Shown here: in pieces, positions 36,437 through 49,802 of the stretch
Position numbering within the stretch: position 1 is the first letter of the stretch
Layout: the number at the start of each line of letters is the position of its first letter
DNA from: Octopus sinensis
Taxonomy: Eukaryota
NCBI RefSeq assembly: GCF_006345805.1
Contig: NC_043018.1
Span: 7,316,001 to 7,380,000, forward strand
DNA length: 64,000 nucleotides
Direction of reading: 5' to 3'
Notes under the pieces: generated by a model
What the model was told of the DNA's origin: nothing
Seen by the model: the letters and a program-made list of their open reading frames with translations, nothing else
Database searches by the model: none
Program-made: the position numbers and the translations under genes

Positions 36437-36440
<4 letters not shown>
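35835..36440. mobile_element. Family A repeat (35835-36010 plus) and S1 SINE (36020-36440 minus)
   Basis: CCGTTGAAGAGCGTAGGCTC motif; full reverse-complement S1. Confidence 0.85.
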
Positions 36441-36481
<41 letters not shown>

Positions 36482-36875
36482 TGCTATATTTCCAGGATAG
36501 TCATTTTTTTGTTGTTGCTAAATAAACACACACACTTATATATTTGTTCCTCACTTCAGGTTTATTATAGTTCTTATGTCCTTTGTCTGGAAATCTTTTG
36601 TCACACACCCTGTGACCACTTCAGTAACTCTACATCTCATGTGTTTCCTCCTGTTCTGTTTAGTCAATGGGCTAAATACATAACCAAATACCTTTTACTT
36701 GTTTCGTTCATTAGATTGTAGCCATGCTGGAGGACCACCTCAAAGGGGCTGGCTGAACAAATCAACCCCAGTATGTATTTTGAAATCTGGTACCTATTCT
36801 GTCAATCTTTTTGGATGAATCATTAAGTTACTGGGACATAAACAAACCAACACTGGGTGTCAGGTGGGTGCAGGG

Positions 36876-36975
36876 NNNNNNNNNNNNNNNNNNNNNNNNN
36901 NNNNNNNNNNNNNNNNNNNNNNNNNNNNNNNNNNNNNNNNNNNNNNNNNNNNNNNNNNNNNNNNNNNNNNNNNNN
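36876..36975. other. Assembly gap (100 N)
   Basis: Run of N. Confidence 1.
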
Positions 36976-37079
36976 GACAAAGGGGGAGGGGCTGCGAGGA
37001 TCGAAAAGTCGGTGGATAAATTGACATTTTAGAAAGAAAGAAAACATGGTTCTCTATATTCTCACTTTTATTCCACCAT

Positions 37080-37770
37080 TACGTCGTTACGTTCCGAGTT
37101 CAAATTCCGCCGAGGTCTACTTTGCCTTTCATCCTTTCGGGGTCGACAAATTAAGTACCAGTTACGCACTGGCATCGATGCAATCGACTTAATCCGTTTG
37201 TCTGTCCTTGTTTGTCCCCTCTGTGTGTAGCCCCTTGTGGGTAGTAAAGAAATGTATATATATATATATATATATATGGAGAGAGAGGGAGAGGGAGAAA
37301 TAGACATATTTTGTCCATTTCCATAGTGAAGAAAGAATTATATGGAAGAAACACTATAGTTTGTCTTCTCATTGATAAAGACGGTTTTCGCTTGTATTTT
37401 TAGAGCACAAATGGTGCTGGTATCTGGTAGTTTAAGAGCCATTGGCTTTAAACGGCGGAATATAATGTGTATATAAAGTATATATACTGTATATCACCGT
37501 GACCAACCAGGCTATCAGATGTTGCTACACATCGCTGGTCACAATGCGCTTCGCATTGTTTTAGCCTTCAAATGCCGCCATCCCGCTGGCTAAGCGAGCA
37601 GGCCAACAGAAGAAAGGGTGAAGAAAGAGTACAGCAGGGGTCGCCACTCGCCCCTGCCGGAGCCTCGTGGAGCTTTTAGGTGTTTTCGCTCAATAAACAC
37701 TCACAACGCCCGATCTGGGAATCGAAACCGCGATCCTACAACCACGAGTCCGCTGCCTTAACCACTGGGC
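37080..37770. mobile_element. S2 SINE (37080-37255 plus) and S3-related SINE (37500-37770 minus)
   Basis: Family sequence matches; reverse-complement head CTTAACCACTGGGCCATTGCGCC. Confidence 0.8.
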
Positions 37771-38215
37771 CATTGCGCCTTCACTATACACTGTATATAT
37801 ACTTATATAATGGCTAAGTAACCCTCAGAGTCCTGTATCTATAGCGCAATTCTCAGGCTGATTAAATGTGACAAAGTAATGTGGCTGTACTTTTTTTAAT
37901 TAGATGACCGATTTTGCTGACGTATATTGTACTGGGGCGAATGTAATCGACTTTCTCTCCCCTCGAAAACCACTGACCCAGTACCAAAATTTGAAACCAT
38001 TATGTTAAAGACTTCGATTATGTACTCTATATCTTTCCATAGTTAGGCTTGTTGAAAGTGTAAAAAGGCCAACGTATTTCATTTGGTTCAAAACTCCGTC
38101 TAAATGTCTTCGATTTTCGTTCTATAGTGAAGACATATCGATCTCAGAACCGTAGAATACAATGGCAGATCGTTCACCGAGGATTCCTGCCAGCTTCCAA
38201 AACACTCATCATACC

Positions 38216-38448
38216 TATTTCTTTACTACCCACAAGGGGCTAAACACAGAGGAGACAAACAAGGACAGACAAACGGATTATATCGATTACATCGACCCCA
38301 GTGCGTAACTGGTACTTAATTTATCGACCCCGAAAGGATGAAAGGCAAAGTCAACCTCGGCGGAATTTGAACTCAGAACGTAACGGCAGACGAAATACCG
38401 CTTAGCATTTCGCCCGGCGTGCTAACGTTTCTGCCAGCTCGCCGCCTT
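38216..38448 (-). mobile_element. Full S2 SINE with an 18-bp target-site duplication
   Basis: CAAAACACTCATCATACC at 38198-38215 and 38449-38466. Confidence 0.9.
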
Positions 38449-38898
38449 CAAAACACTCATCATACCATACTCAAAGTAGTCAGGAAGCTGACCCAACCCA
38501 TAGGGGCGAGCTGCTAGAATCAGTGGTGCGTCAGACAAAATGTTTAGCTGTGTTTCTTCTGCCTTTTTCATGCTCTGAGGTAAAATACAACGGAGGTCAA
38601 CTTTGCCTCTAATCCCATCGGAGTCAATAAAATAAGTTCCAGATAAGCAATAATGTAATCAACTTAATCCTCTCCGTAAAATTGCTGACCTTGTGCGAAA
38701 ATCTGAAAAAATTATGCAACCCCTGGTCAGCCCTGACCTATTTCAGAAAGGTATATGCCCCTCAAGCACCTATTCTTTAGTTTTCTAGACACCTTATACC
38801 CAGAACTATATTATGCACTGTATTCATTTACTAAAGACGGTGTGGGAGATATGGCTGCTATTTCTAGTAAGATGGGTCATTACGCAATTCTAATTTTA

Positions 38899-38929
<31 letters not shown>

Positions 38930-39934
38930 TTTTATTGGCTTGTCGATGTTGGCAGTTGATTGAATCTTGTCCACTGGACAAAATACTTACCGGTATTTCT
39001 TCCATCCTTACATTCTCGGAGTTCGAATACCGCTGAGATCCCCTTTACCTTTCATCCGTTCGGGGGGTCTACTAAATAAGAAGCAGTTGACCTCTGAGGT
39101 CGATGTAGGATGGTCAATCAGACCATCCTCCGTCCTCCCCAAGGTTGCTGACCTTGCGCCAAAATTAGAATTAATTGTCAGAGCGGGCAGATAGCAATTC
39201 ACTTTTTTGTGCCATTTAAAAACACAAAAAAAAACAAAAAAGGAAAAAAAAAAGAAAAGAAAAATACAGCGGTTTGGTCGAAACTCGGATCATTAACCTT
39301 CTGGCCAGACTTCAGGTATTCTATCGATTTTGACATTTGCGTTTTTTTTTTCCTGTTTTCATTTTTCTCCAACCCTGTTGCTTCTTGCTAAACTGTTATC
39401 GCTGTGGTACTTACAATATCAAACATACCCAAACAGAAATAATCAAATTAATCAATTGGGAATTGAGCTTCGATCATTATTATCAGTTTATAGTTAATCG
39501 TCTCAGATCGATAATCCTATACAGTGGTTTGTTGATAGAGTGGTTTAGAGCGTCCGGTTGAAGACGTTGCTGCATGTGTTCCGGCTCTGTGTATATTCTG
39601 AGATCAAATCCTGCTGAGGATAATAGTTGTTGTCTGTACACAGCTGTGATTGGCTAAGTGAATTATACTAATTTGTATGAAGGAGCATGCGCAGAACAAT
39701 TTGGGAAGAGTGTCATAGGTGCAGTCATAGTGTACAGGTCGTAGGAATTATTGAATAGAGATATCGTGGAGTGCTTGTTGAAGACACACTGCTGGAGAGT
39801 AAGAAGAGAACATCAGGGAATGTTTGATATTATAACAGTTCAGATATAACAGTGACGACGAGAGGTCGTACGTCATATCAATAGTTTTCAGCCCTTCGGG
39901 GGACAATAAATAAAGAACAGGTTCATCTGGAACT

Positions 39935-41074
39935 TATTCTATCGGTTTCTTTTGCAGAACCGCAAAGTTACGGGGATGCAAACACGCCAACACCGGTTGT
40001 CAAGCGGTGGTGGGGAGACAAACACAGACATAGATACACACACATCCACACACACGCGCATACACACGCACGCACGCACACGCGCACACACACACACACA
40101 CACACACAAACACATACACACACAAATATATATACGACGGGCCCATTTCGGTTTCCGTCTACCAAATCCACTCGCAAAGCTTTAGTCGTCCCGTGGGTAT
40201 AGTAGAAGACAGTTCGCTCAAGGTGTCACGCAGTGGGACTGAACCCAGAACCGTGTGGTTGGGAAGCAAACTTCTAAGCACACAACCACGCCTGCGTCTG
40301 TACATTAGTATAAATCAGTGTAGATTATAAAAGATCCGAGACCATCAGTAACCCGAAAGTCGGTGTTGTACCTGGACTATTCCAATACAAGTGTCGATTC
40401 TCCTTCTTCAGTCTTTCCTCTTTACTTTCCGCAGAAAGAAACTTGCTGCAGGTAAATATGGAGAGGAGTAAGCACCGCCAGGTTTCAAAATACATAAGAC
40501 AAGCTGTGGGTCACAACGGCGTTCCTGTGGTTCCATCAGAAATTGAGGGCCCAGAGCAAAGCAATTATTGAAATTGTTCAATTAATTTCTCTTTTAGAAT
40601 TGGTTAATACGGGTTCGATTTCCACACAGTATATTAACTACATATTTTTTTCCTCGAATCATTAGAGTGGGAATATGTACATAAACCCTGTGCTTGAGAA
40701 AGGATTGGGTGTCAGGGTTGGGGTGACTTTGATCGTTAGTTCTCTCGGAAATTAATAACTTTCTTAGCGTTTCCACTTGTACAACAAATACGCCAAGCTT
40801 GATACCTACATATGCATATGCAAATATATAGGTGGAAACATACATACATACATACATGTATGTATACGTATATCTGTCTATATATATACACGCATGTGTA
40901 TACATATATACGACAGGCTTCTTTCAGTTTCCGTCTACCAAATCCACTCACAAGTCTATGGTCGGCCCAAGACTATAGTAGAAAACACTTGCCCCAAGGT
41001 GCCACGCAGTGGGACTGAACCCAGAACCATGTGGTTGGTAAGGAAGCTACTTACCACACAGCCACTCCTGTGCC

Positions 41075-41075
<1 letters not shown>
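39935..41075 (-). mobile_element. Two S1 SINE copies (39935-40298; 40905-41075 partial)
   Basis: Reverse-complement S1 heads and bodies. Confidence 0.85.
40435..40451 (+). other. Candidate 17-nt microexon
   Basis: Long polypyrimidine tract ending TTTCCGCAG; CAG/GTAAAT donor. Confidence 0.25.
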
Positions 41076-41122
<47 letters not shown>

Positions 41123-41454
41123 TGCATATTTATATACAAATAAATACACTGACTGATAGATGTGTGTGTGAGTGTGTGTGTGCGTGCGCGTGAGAATGTG
41201 TATGTGCGTGTATATGCTAGTAAATAGTAAAATTTCCTAAGTTTTTATGCCGTTGCCTGAAGACTGTCTGAAACTTGGTAAACTTATCTCCCAACAGCAT
41301 ACAAAGTTTAGAAACGTACCACTGTACCAATAAATACAGATTTCCAATAGACCAGAAAACTCACCGGGCGTCTGGATACATAAAGTTATGAGATAAAACA
41401 TACATGGGTGGGTGAGTGTTTTTAGAAAACTCGTTTTTAGTTTTGCTGTGAAGA

Positions 41455-41970
41455 CGAATGCGGGCGCCTGGCCTAATGCTTAGATTGATGTGTTTTATTC
41501 ACGATCGCTTGATTATGGTTGCGATACTCGGGCCGGGTGGTGTGTTGTTTTTCTTGAGCGAAACACTTCATTTCAAAACACGTTGCCACAGTCCCCTCAG
41601 CTGTAAATGGGTAACGTTATTTTTATATTGCCCACAAGGGGCTAAACGTAGAGGGGACAAACAAGGACAAACAAAGGGATTAAGTCGATTACGTCGACCC
41701 CAGTGCGTAACTGGTACTTAATTTTATCGACCCCGAAAGGATGAATGGCAAAGTCAACCTCGGCGGAATTTGAACTCAGAACGTAACGGCAGACGAAATA
41801 CCGCTAAACATTTCGCCCGGCGTGCTAACGTTTCTGCCAGCTCCCCGCCTTAAATGGGTAACCTTGCGATGAGCTGGCGTCCTGTTCAGAGAGAGTGTTA
41901 TTGTCTTGGTCACTTATACGCCATGGAACCTCAGTAACCATGGAACCTAAGTGCTGTGAGCCCTAGGGTT
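41455..41970. mobile_element. S3 SINE (plus) interrupted by an S2 SINE (41625-41850 minus)
   Basis: S3 body resumes after TAAATGGGTAAC, which occurs on both sides of the S2 copy. Confidence 0.75.
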
Positions 41971-42303
41971 GGAGACAGTAATATCCAGGGATTGTTGTTG
42001 TTGATGATGATGATCATTATGGTGGTGGTGGTGGTGATGATAATGATGCTAACGACGACGATGACGCGAAAATGGATGCTGTGGTTAAACTACATGTTTT
42101 TTTTTTCTCTATGACCCCAAACGGTGGGTTGTTTTGACAGATTTCATTGTAATTTTCCATTTCGTTAGACATCGGGAAGTGCTGAACCACAATTCCCTAA
42201 CCACATGGAGAGAACAGTAGCTTATGAGTTAGTTATAGCAATTACACACCGCGAGAGTAATAACAACCTATAACATGTATATTACACAGAACTCCTCTAG
42301 AAA

Positions 42304-42596
42304 TACTAAGGGTTCTGAAATGTTCGTGGCTTTAAAAGTATCGCAAAAGGCTTGATTGTAGGCCCAACCTTCCGACTTCTTTCACAGGGCTTCGAAAAAC
42401 TGAAGGAGCGCTGCAATTAGTGTGTAAATCTGACAGGGGAATATCTACTATAGCCTCGGGTTGACCAAAGACTTGTGAGTGGATTTTGTAGGCGGAAACT
42501 GAAAAGAAGCCCGTCGTATATATATATATATATATGTATTGATCCTCCTGTATTTTCTTTTACGCAAAGCCAGCAAATTTTCAACACCCCTTCGTG
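42304..42596. mobile_element. Mariner MITE containing an internal S1 fragment (42445-42536)
   Basis: Homologous to 33366-33582 on both sides of the fragment. Confidence 0.75.
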
Positions 42597-42879
42597 TGTT
42601 TATTAAAACCACACATTTCCAGTTAGCTTGCTTTAGCTCCAGTTGTCGATATGCAATATAAAGTGCTTTTTATTAATTAGTTAATTAAATGTCGCCAACG
42701 CTTGCAGTACTGTTATGTAAATGAGGACAGACTAGTTATATCTGAGTTTTTGTTTACTATAAATAGCTATAAGCTAATGTTCTCCCAATAGTCGGAAAAA
42801 TGAGTAATCAATCACTGATGAAGCGTTATTACGGTTTGAAGAAAGTCAGATCGATAATCTTTTTTTTTCCTGGTTACAG

Positions 42880-42909
42880 AGACAGAAAAATAGCATGCAA
42901 TTTAACAGA
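42880..42909 (+). other. Candidate 30-nt exon
   Basis: TCTTTTTTTTTCCTGGTTACAG acceptor; AGA/GTATCT donor (weak). Confidence 0.2.
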
Positions 42910-43082
42910 GTATCTGCTGCCCCACGATGACGCCAAGGACCTATGTTTACCAAAAATACGCATCCACCAAATTACCTAAATTCTTTCCTTCTGTCTTTCC
43001 CCTCCTCCTCCTCCTGTATATATACATTACATTATATATATATACACACACATCATATATGTCTATATATATAATCTATATA

Positions 43083-43119
<37 letters not shown>

Positions 43120-43306
43120 TATATATAGAGAGACAGAGAGTACAGATCTACATATACATATACATACATACAGACATACATATATATATGTGTGTGTGTA
43201 TATATATAAATTATATACATACACATATCAATATACGTCTCTATATATCTCCACACACAACACATATATATGTATATATATATATACACATATATACATA
43301 ACAACA

Positions 43307-43351
<45 letters not shown>

Positions 43352-44573
43352 ATATATATATATATATTATAATATATTTATATATAAAACGCATATACAT
43401 GTATATGTGCATACGTATGTGTACTAATATAGGATTAAATATACATGTATGTGCATACATACACACACACACACGCACACACATGATAAATATATGTGTA
43501 TGTTTACGTAAAATATATATAAATTTACTTTTGTGTATGTTAGAAAAAGTGTGTATATGCGAGTCTGTATGTGTGTATGTGTGTGTGTGTTTGTATTAGA
43601 TGTAACATAACATTAATGATGAAATAATGTCCAATATATATATTATCGAGATATACGTGACGTTTCTACTGACTTGTCATGGCGGATTAATTGCAACTAA
43701 AGATGTCTGGACATGACAAGTGCAACCTCTCGGGACGGAGCGGAGACTGAAGAGATATATAGAGAGAAGGGGAGGAGAGCGAGATATGAAAGGCAAAGAA
43801 GGAGTGAAAGGGAAGGCCCAGGCAGAGAGAGTGCGTGTAGAAGTAGAAGGAGAGGAAGAGTGAAAAAATATGTGGTATTAGAGAGAGGAGGGAGGGAGCG
43901 AGGGAGAAAATGAATGTGCGCGGGATTAAAAAAAGATTTGAGAGGGAGAGAAAGAGGAGAAAGAGAAGGAGAGAGAAAGATATATATATAGAGAGAGCAA
44001 GGTGGCATCTACATATGTGAGTATATGCGTGTGCGTGTGTAACTATATATATATATGTGTCTGTGTGTGTGTGTGTGTATACAAAAGGGAAGCGTAAGAG
44101 ATAGAGAGGAGAGAGAAAGAGAGGGGAAAAGAAGAGAGACATATAAATAGGTGAGTGTGCTGTTCGCGTGTATAAATATGTATATATACATGTATGTGTG
44201 TGTGTATATATGTGTATATATAAATATATATATAGGAGTGGCTGTGTGGTAAGTAGCTTTCTTATCAACCACATGGTTCCGGGTTCAGTCCCACTGCGTG
44301 GCACCTTGGGCAAGTGTCTTCTACTATAGCCTCGGGCTGACCAAAGCCTTGCCAGTGGATTTGTTAGGCGGAAACTGAAAAGAAGCCCGTCGTATATATG
44401 TATATGTATATTTGTGTGTGTGTGTGCATGCTTATTTACCTTGCGTACATATAATGAGAAATACATATCCACACATATTTGCACACATACATATATATAT
44501 ACATATATATGTGTGTGTGTGTTTATGTGTTCAGTAATACATTAATCTGATTGGTTAGTGTATACTCTTGTAG

Positions 44574-44613
44574 AGTACAAATTTATTATTATTAAACAAG
44601 AATATTATTTACA
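44574..44613 (+). other. Candidate 40-nt exon with a paralogue at 56761-56800
   Basis: Branch-like CTGAT (44547), TACTCTTGTAG acceptor, ACA/GTAAGT donor; all conserved in the second copy. Confidence 0.4.
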
Positions 44614-44695
44614 GTAAGTTCGAAGTTTTGCCCAGTCCGACTTTGGCTTATATATATACTTCTGGCTGCAGCCAGAAGTATATATATTATATATG

Positions 44696-44788
<93 letters not shown>

Positions 44789-45034
44789 CTCCTTTGTTTT
44801 CTCTCCTTGTTTCTCTCCTTGTTTTTTTCTGTGTTCCTTTCTGTAGAAGAGCGTAGGCTCGAAACGTAAAAGACTTTTTCACTTCCCGAGCGTTATACCA
44901 ATACATGTTTGTTTTGTACACCACCTGTCTTCGTCTTTTGTTTTTTTTTCGTAAACCTCCCCTATGTATGTGTGTATGTATGTAGGTATGTAGGTGTGTT
45001 ATATATATATATGATGTATGTATGTATATATATT

Positions 45035-45101
<67 letters not shown>

Positions 45102-45166
45102 ATTTTTTTCGTAAGGGATAAAAAACCCCAAGGGTGCGTAGATTTTAGAACATTTATAGACAGAAG

Positions 45167-45214
45167 ATCTTACAGCTGTTTCCAGGATATTTATTATATC
45201 CCTTAATCGGAGAC
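45167..45214 (-). ncRNA. Hammerhead-like motif family I, second copy
   Basis: GUCU-CCGAUUA-A-GGGAUAU-AAUAA-AUAUCCU-G-GAAAC-AGCU-GUA-AGAU. Confidence 0.5.
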
Positions 45215-45308
45215 GGTGTGAAAGGATGGTTAAATAATAGATAAAGAATAGTTAATTTAGATAAGATACAAAATAGAGAGTGAGGTGAAGGAAAGAAAAT
45301 AGATATGA

Positions 45309-45344
<36 letters not shown>

Positions 45345-46452
45345 TGTATGTATGTATGTATATATATATATATACATGCATATGTTCGTACATACATACA
45401 TATATGTATTTGTGTATGTATCTATACACACATGAAGACAAACGTTATTTTAAGTATCTATAAAATATTTCCCTGTCTCTCTTTTTCCATATGTATATGT
45501 ATGACTATGTATATGTATGTATATCTGTGCGTATGTATGCACACACATACACACGTGCACACATATATTTGTATGTATCAGAGTGACTAATTGACTAAGA
45601 AAGAGGTAAGTAGAGAAAGGGAAAGCGCGCGCCATAGAGAGAAAGAAAGAGAAAGAGAGAGTAGGAGAGTGAGAGAAAGAGAAAGAGAGAGTAGGAGAGT
45701 AGGAGAGTGAGAGAGAGAAAGAAAGAGTAGGAGAGTAGGAGAGTGAGAGAGAGAAAGAGAAAGAGAGAGTAGAGAGAGGAGTAGGAGAGTGGAGAGAGAA
45801 AGAGGGGAGAAAAAGAAGAGAGGAAAGAGAAGAAGAAAGAGAGAGAGAAAGAGAGAAAGAGGAGAGTAGGAGAGAGAGAAGGATAGGATAGATGAGAGAT
45901 AAAAAAAGAAAAAGAAAGTGAAAAGAGAAAGAGTAAAGATTGAAGGAGTGAAGACAACGGAGACAGCATGAGTGGCGGAAAACAGTCGAAGGGCGTCGAA
46001 GAATGGCGGAGAGAGACGAGGCGAGCCGAAAAGATAGCGTAAAGCCAGAGTATTTATCAAAGTCTAATAAATATGTCACAATGGAACAACGTTTCCTTTT
46101 ATTCCCGTGACTCTGTCTGACTTTGTTCCTTGAAGAGAGAAGATCGAGATAAGACAAGTCTCTGGTGTTGCGTGTATGGAAACCTCTGGTTGATAAAAAC
46201 AGCAAGCCAGAGTGGTGAGTACGGAAGCCCTTAGGCAACAATTATCATTTTTGCGTCAGCAGACACATGAAAGTTGTGTATGGAAACGCGACTGAAACAA
46301 AAATAAACCGATGAACTGAGTTACGTGTGATGTTTAAGGGAAAAAGTAAGGTATTTTTGACAGAAATAGATCGATTGATGGAAACTTGTGTGTAAATCCT
46401 GATTGAATCATCATCGATTAGGTGGTTGGACTTCGCTTTTTAGTTCCCACAG

Positions 46453-46472
46453 TCTATGAAAATAGAGCGCAG
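46453..46472 (+). other. Candidate 20-nt exon containing an ATG
   Basis: TTTTTAGTTCCCACAG acceptor; CAG/GTGCGT donor; a possible upstream donor GTG/GTGAGT at about 46214. Confidence 0.2.
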
Positions 46473-46586
46473 GTGCGTGTAAGTGTGCATGCATGCGTGT
46501 ATGTGCCTGTGCGCTTGCATGTGTGTGCGAGTCTGTGCGAATATGTTTTATTATATAAACATATATGCATGTACATATATATATAT

Positions 46587-46618
<32 letters not shown>

Positions 46619-46626
46619 TATATATA

Positions 46627-46679
<53 letters not shown>

Positions 46680-46811
46680 GAGGGCATTATACATACATGC
46701 CAGAGGGCATTATACATACATGCACACGCTAAGAGGGACAATTAGTCTGTCTACCAAAAATATTACTAATCCCACCGAATGCAATTTTTCAAAGTAAGAC
46801 ATTAAAAATAT

Positions 46812-46859
46812 AGACCTGTATCACAGTGATTTCATACTTACGTATTCATCAGCAGGCCT
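46812..46859 (-). ncRNA. Type I hammerhead ribozyme, canonical (identical to 47023-47070)
   Basis: Exact reverse complement of the plus-strand copy. Confidence 0.88.
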
Positions 46860-47022
46860 GAATGTTTATTCCGAAAAAACTTTTCCTTTCCCGAAATGCA
46901 ATTCGTAAAAGTATGCCAGTTACAGGATGTAATATATGTAAACTCACCCATGTGCTTCGTTGATGTTGATCAGTTAGCTGATCGGCTTAAGCGGGACAGG
47001 GTCGTTTATTTATGATACATTC

Positions 47023-47070
47023 AGGCCTGCTGATGAATACGTAAGTATGAAATCACTGTGATACAGGTCT
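47023..47070 (+). ncRNA. Type I hammerhead ribozyme, canonical
   Basis: AGGCCUG-CUGAUGA-AUAC-GUAA-GUAU-GAAAUCA-CUG-UGAUA-CAGGUCU; predicted cleavage after 47063. Confidence 0.88.
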
Positions 47071-47359
47071 ATATTTTTTAAATGTCTTACTTTGAAAAAT
47101 TGCATTCGGTGGGATTAGTAATATTTTTGGTAGAAATGACTAATTGTCCCTCTTAGCGTGTGGCATGTATGTATAATGCCCTCTGGCATGTATGTATAAT
47201 GCCCTCTCTATATAAATTAATATGTTCAATAAGAAATAATTATTTTCGAAATTTTTTCTCTTATGAGGTTTTCACGCTATCTACCTGACAATTTCTTGTT
47301 AAGTTTTCCTTATTAAGTAGTTGTCCTTAATTGCTAAATTATATATATATATATATATA

Positions 47360-47560
47360 TATAGGGAGAATTTACGAAAAAACAACAAAAGACGAAGACA
47401 GGTGGTGTACAAAACAAAAGATGTATTTGTATAACGCTCAGGAATAGAAAAAGTATTTTACGTTTCGAGCCTACGCTCTTCTACAGAAAGCGACACAGAA
47501 AAAACAAGGAGAGAAACAAGAAGAGAAAAGAAATGCGTGTAGTGGCTAACGATCTATCAT
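47360..47560 (-). mobile_element. Family A repeat
   Basis: Reverse complement CTGTAGAAGAGCGTAGGCTCGAAACGTA. Confidence 0.8.
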
Positions 47561-47597
47561 ACATACATATATATATATATGAGTGTGTGTGTGTATG

Positions 47598-47633
<36 letters not shown>

Positions 47634-48074
47634 TGTATGTATGTATGTATGTATGTATGTATGTATGTATGTATGTATATATATGAATATATATGCATAT
47701 AGATGTGTGTACGTGTGTGTTTGTTTATAGTATTATGCTAGTAGTACAATCTATCCAGCTGTCCCCGAAATAGTATCCATTTACGTATTCTTAGATCAGA
47801 TGTCTTAGTTTGACTAAAAGCTATCATAAAAGTTACCCAAGCTGCCACGTAGTGAGATCGAACTCAGAATACGTGATTGCACGGCATCCCTCGATCGTTC
47901 TCCAAGTCCGACGAAGTACTATCTTTATGTTAGCTAGTAAAATGGAATTTGAAATTGAAATTACGAATATCTTGGAGATTGGATCATTAAATACTTTAAG
48001 ATTATATTTTTTATTATATATCAATGTATATTATTGTATATCCATATATTTTATATAAAATGTAATATCTATCT

Positions 48075-48262
48075 ATCTATCCACTCAGTCGAAGTCGACT
48101 CCCGGTTACTCGATGGATCAGTGTCCTCCAGTCAGTTCTATCCTGGGCCGCCTCTTTCAGATTGGCTATGTCCATTCCGGGTATCACTCTTGATAGCGTC
48201 AAACCAGCGGGTTCTGGACACTGACCATTCCGAGCATGATGTCCTTCTCCAGGGATTTTCTT
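48075..48262 (-). pseudogene. RTE-clade LINE 3' end fragment
   Basis: KSLEKDIMLGMVS..RTRWFDAIKSD..KEAAQDRTDWRTLIHRVTGSRLRL. Confidence 0.85.
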
Positions 48263-49379
48263 CCTGTAATATAAAATGTAATATAAAACTACTATGTTGG
48301 ATTATAGCAAGATTAACTACTGTTGTAGCCCTGTGCAATACAATGAACACTATGGGGTCTTTAAGATATCTTTGGTCTCCAAAATCAAGATGTGTTTTAT
48401 ATGTGGGAAGGTGGTGAGCTGGCGAAATCATTAACACGTTGGATAAAATGCTTAGCGGCATTTCTTCCGGCTCTTTACGTTCTGAGTCTAGATACTGTCA
48501 AGGTCAACTTTGCCTTTTCTCCCTTCGGGGTCGATATACTAGGTACCAGTCAAGTACTAGGGTCGACGTAATCGAATTGTCAACTCCCTTCAAAATTCCT
48601 GGCTTTGAACCTCGCAACGGAGCGGCGTCTCCTCCAGGGGCTTTGTGGTATTATCGGTCATTGTTACGTCATGGAACCCGCGGGTAACCGTTCTTATGAG
48701 TGCTGGGGATAAAAAAAAATAATACAAAAAAAAGATGATGTAGAATATTGTATCTGGATTTTAAAGGTAATTAATATGCCATGATAAGATGTGAGTTTTG
48801 GTGCTTTCGGAATGGTCTTTCTTGAGAAGAAATACAGAAATGTAGAGTAGAATTCTCAGAATGAAGTCGAGGAATGCATGTAAAAAAGAAAAGAAAGAAC
48901 ATGAATATTTCTTGCATCCTCCTCCCAACCTCATTTGGAAATGTCATATTTTAAAAATCCTTAAAGATTTCCAAAATATTCTTTTCTCGTTACCCTTTCA
49001 AAGTAGAGTTCTGTCTGAGACATCAGCTGATCTCTTCTACCAACAATTTAACTCTTTGTCTATTCTGTTGCGTATCCCATATGATACGTAAGAGAAATTT
49101 CCTTGGCTTCCACGTATGACATATCATACATATTCCCAATTTTTTTCAACAACCAAAGTAACTTGGGACTTATGAGAGAAAGGTTTTATATTACTAAGAA
49201 CATGTAAAACAAGGCATGAGAAGAAGCATGGACGTTTAGGACAAACTTAGGAAAAAATGATGTTCTTTTAATGATGTGCAAAGCATTTTAAATCATTTAA
49301 AATGAATTGCAAAATCTAGGGGATTTAAAAGAAAGAGAAAACTAAAAGGGCTACAGTGCTTTTATATAGTCCTTTTATT

Positions 49380-49577
49380 CTTTCATTTCTTTCAGCCATT
49401 TGACAGCGGCCATGCTGGAGCACCGCTTTTAGTCGAACAAATCGACCCCAGGACTTATTCTTTGTAAGCCTAGTACTTACCCTATCGGTCTCTTTTGCCG
49501 AACCGCTATGTTACGGGGACATAAACACACCAGCATCGGTTGACAAGCGATGTTGGTGTGGGGGACAAACACAGACA

Positions 49578-49636
<59 letters not shown>

Positions 49637-49802
49637 ACACGATGGGCTCCTTTCGGTTTCCGTCTACCAAATCCACACACAAGCTTTTGATCGGACCGAG
49701 GCTACAGTAGAAGGTACTTGCCCAAGGTGCCACGCAGTGGGACTGAACCCAGAACCATGCGGTGGTAAACAAGCTACTTACCACACAGCCACGCCTGCGC
49801 CT
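49380..49802 (-). mobile_element. S1 SINE
   Basis: Reverse-complement head ends CCACGCCTGCGCC. Confidence 0.9.

Larger units (their letters stand above)
46669..47340. mobile_element. Foldback element with about 197-bp inverted arms and a 151-bp spacer; each arm carries a complete hammerhead
   Basis: Arms 46669-46865 and 47017-47217; flanked by (TA)n. Confidence 0.9.

Noticed and set aside
36811-37047. ORFs spanning the N gap
   Set aside because: Artefacts of unknown bases
41252-41285. CTGAAGA..GAAAC-TTG-GTA
   Set aside because: No stem II pairing and no stem I
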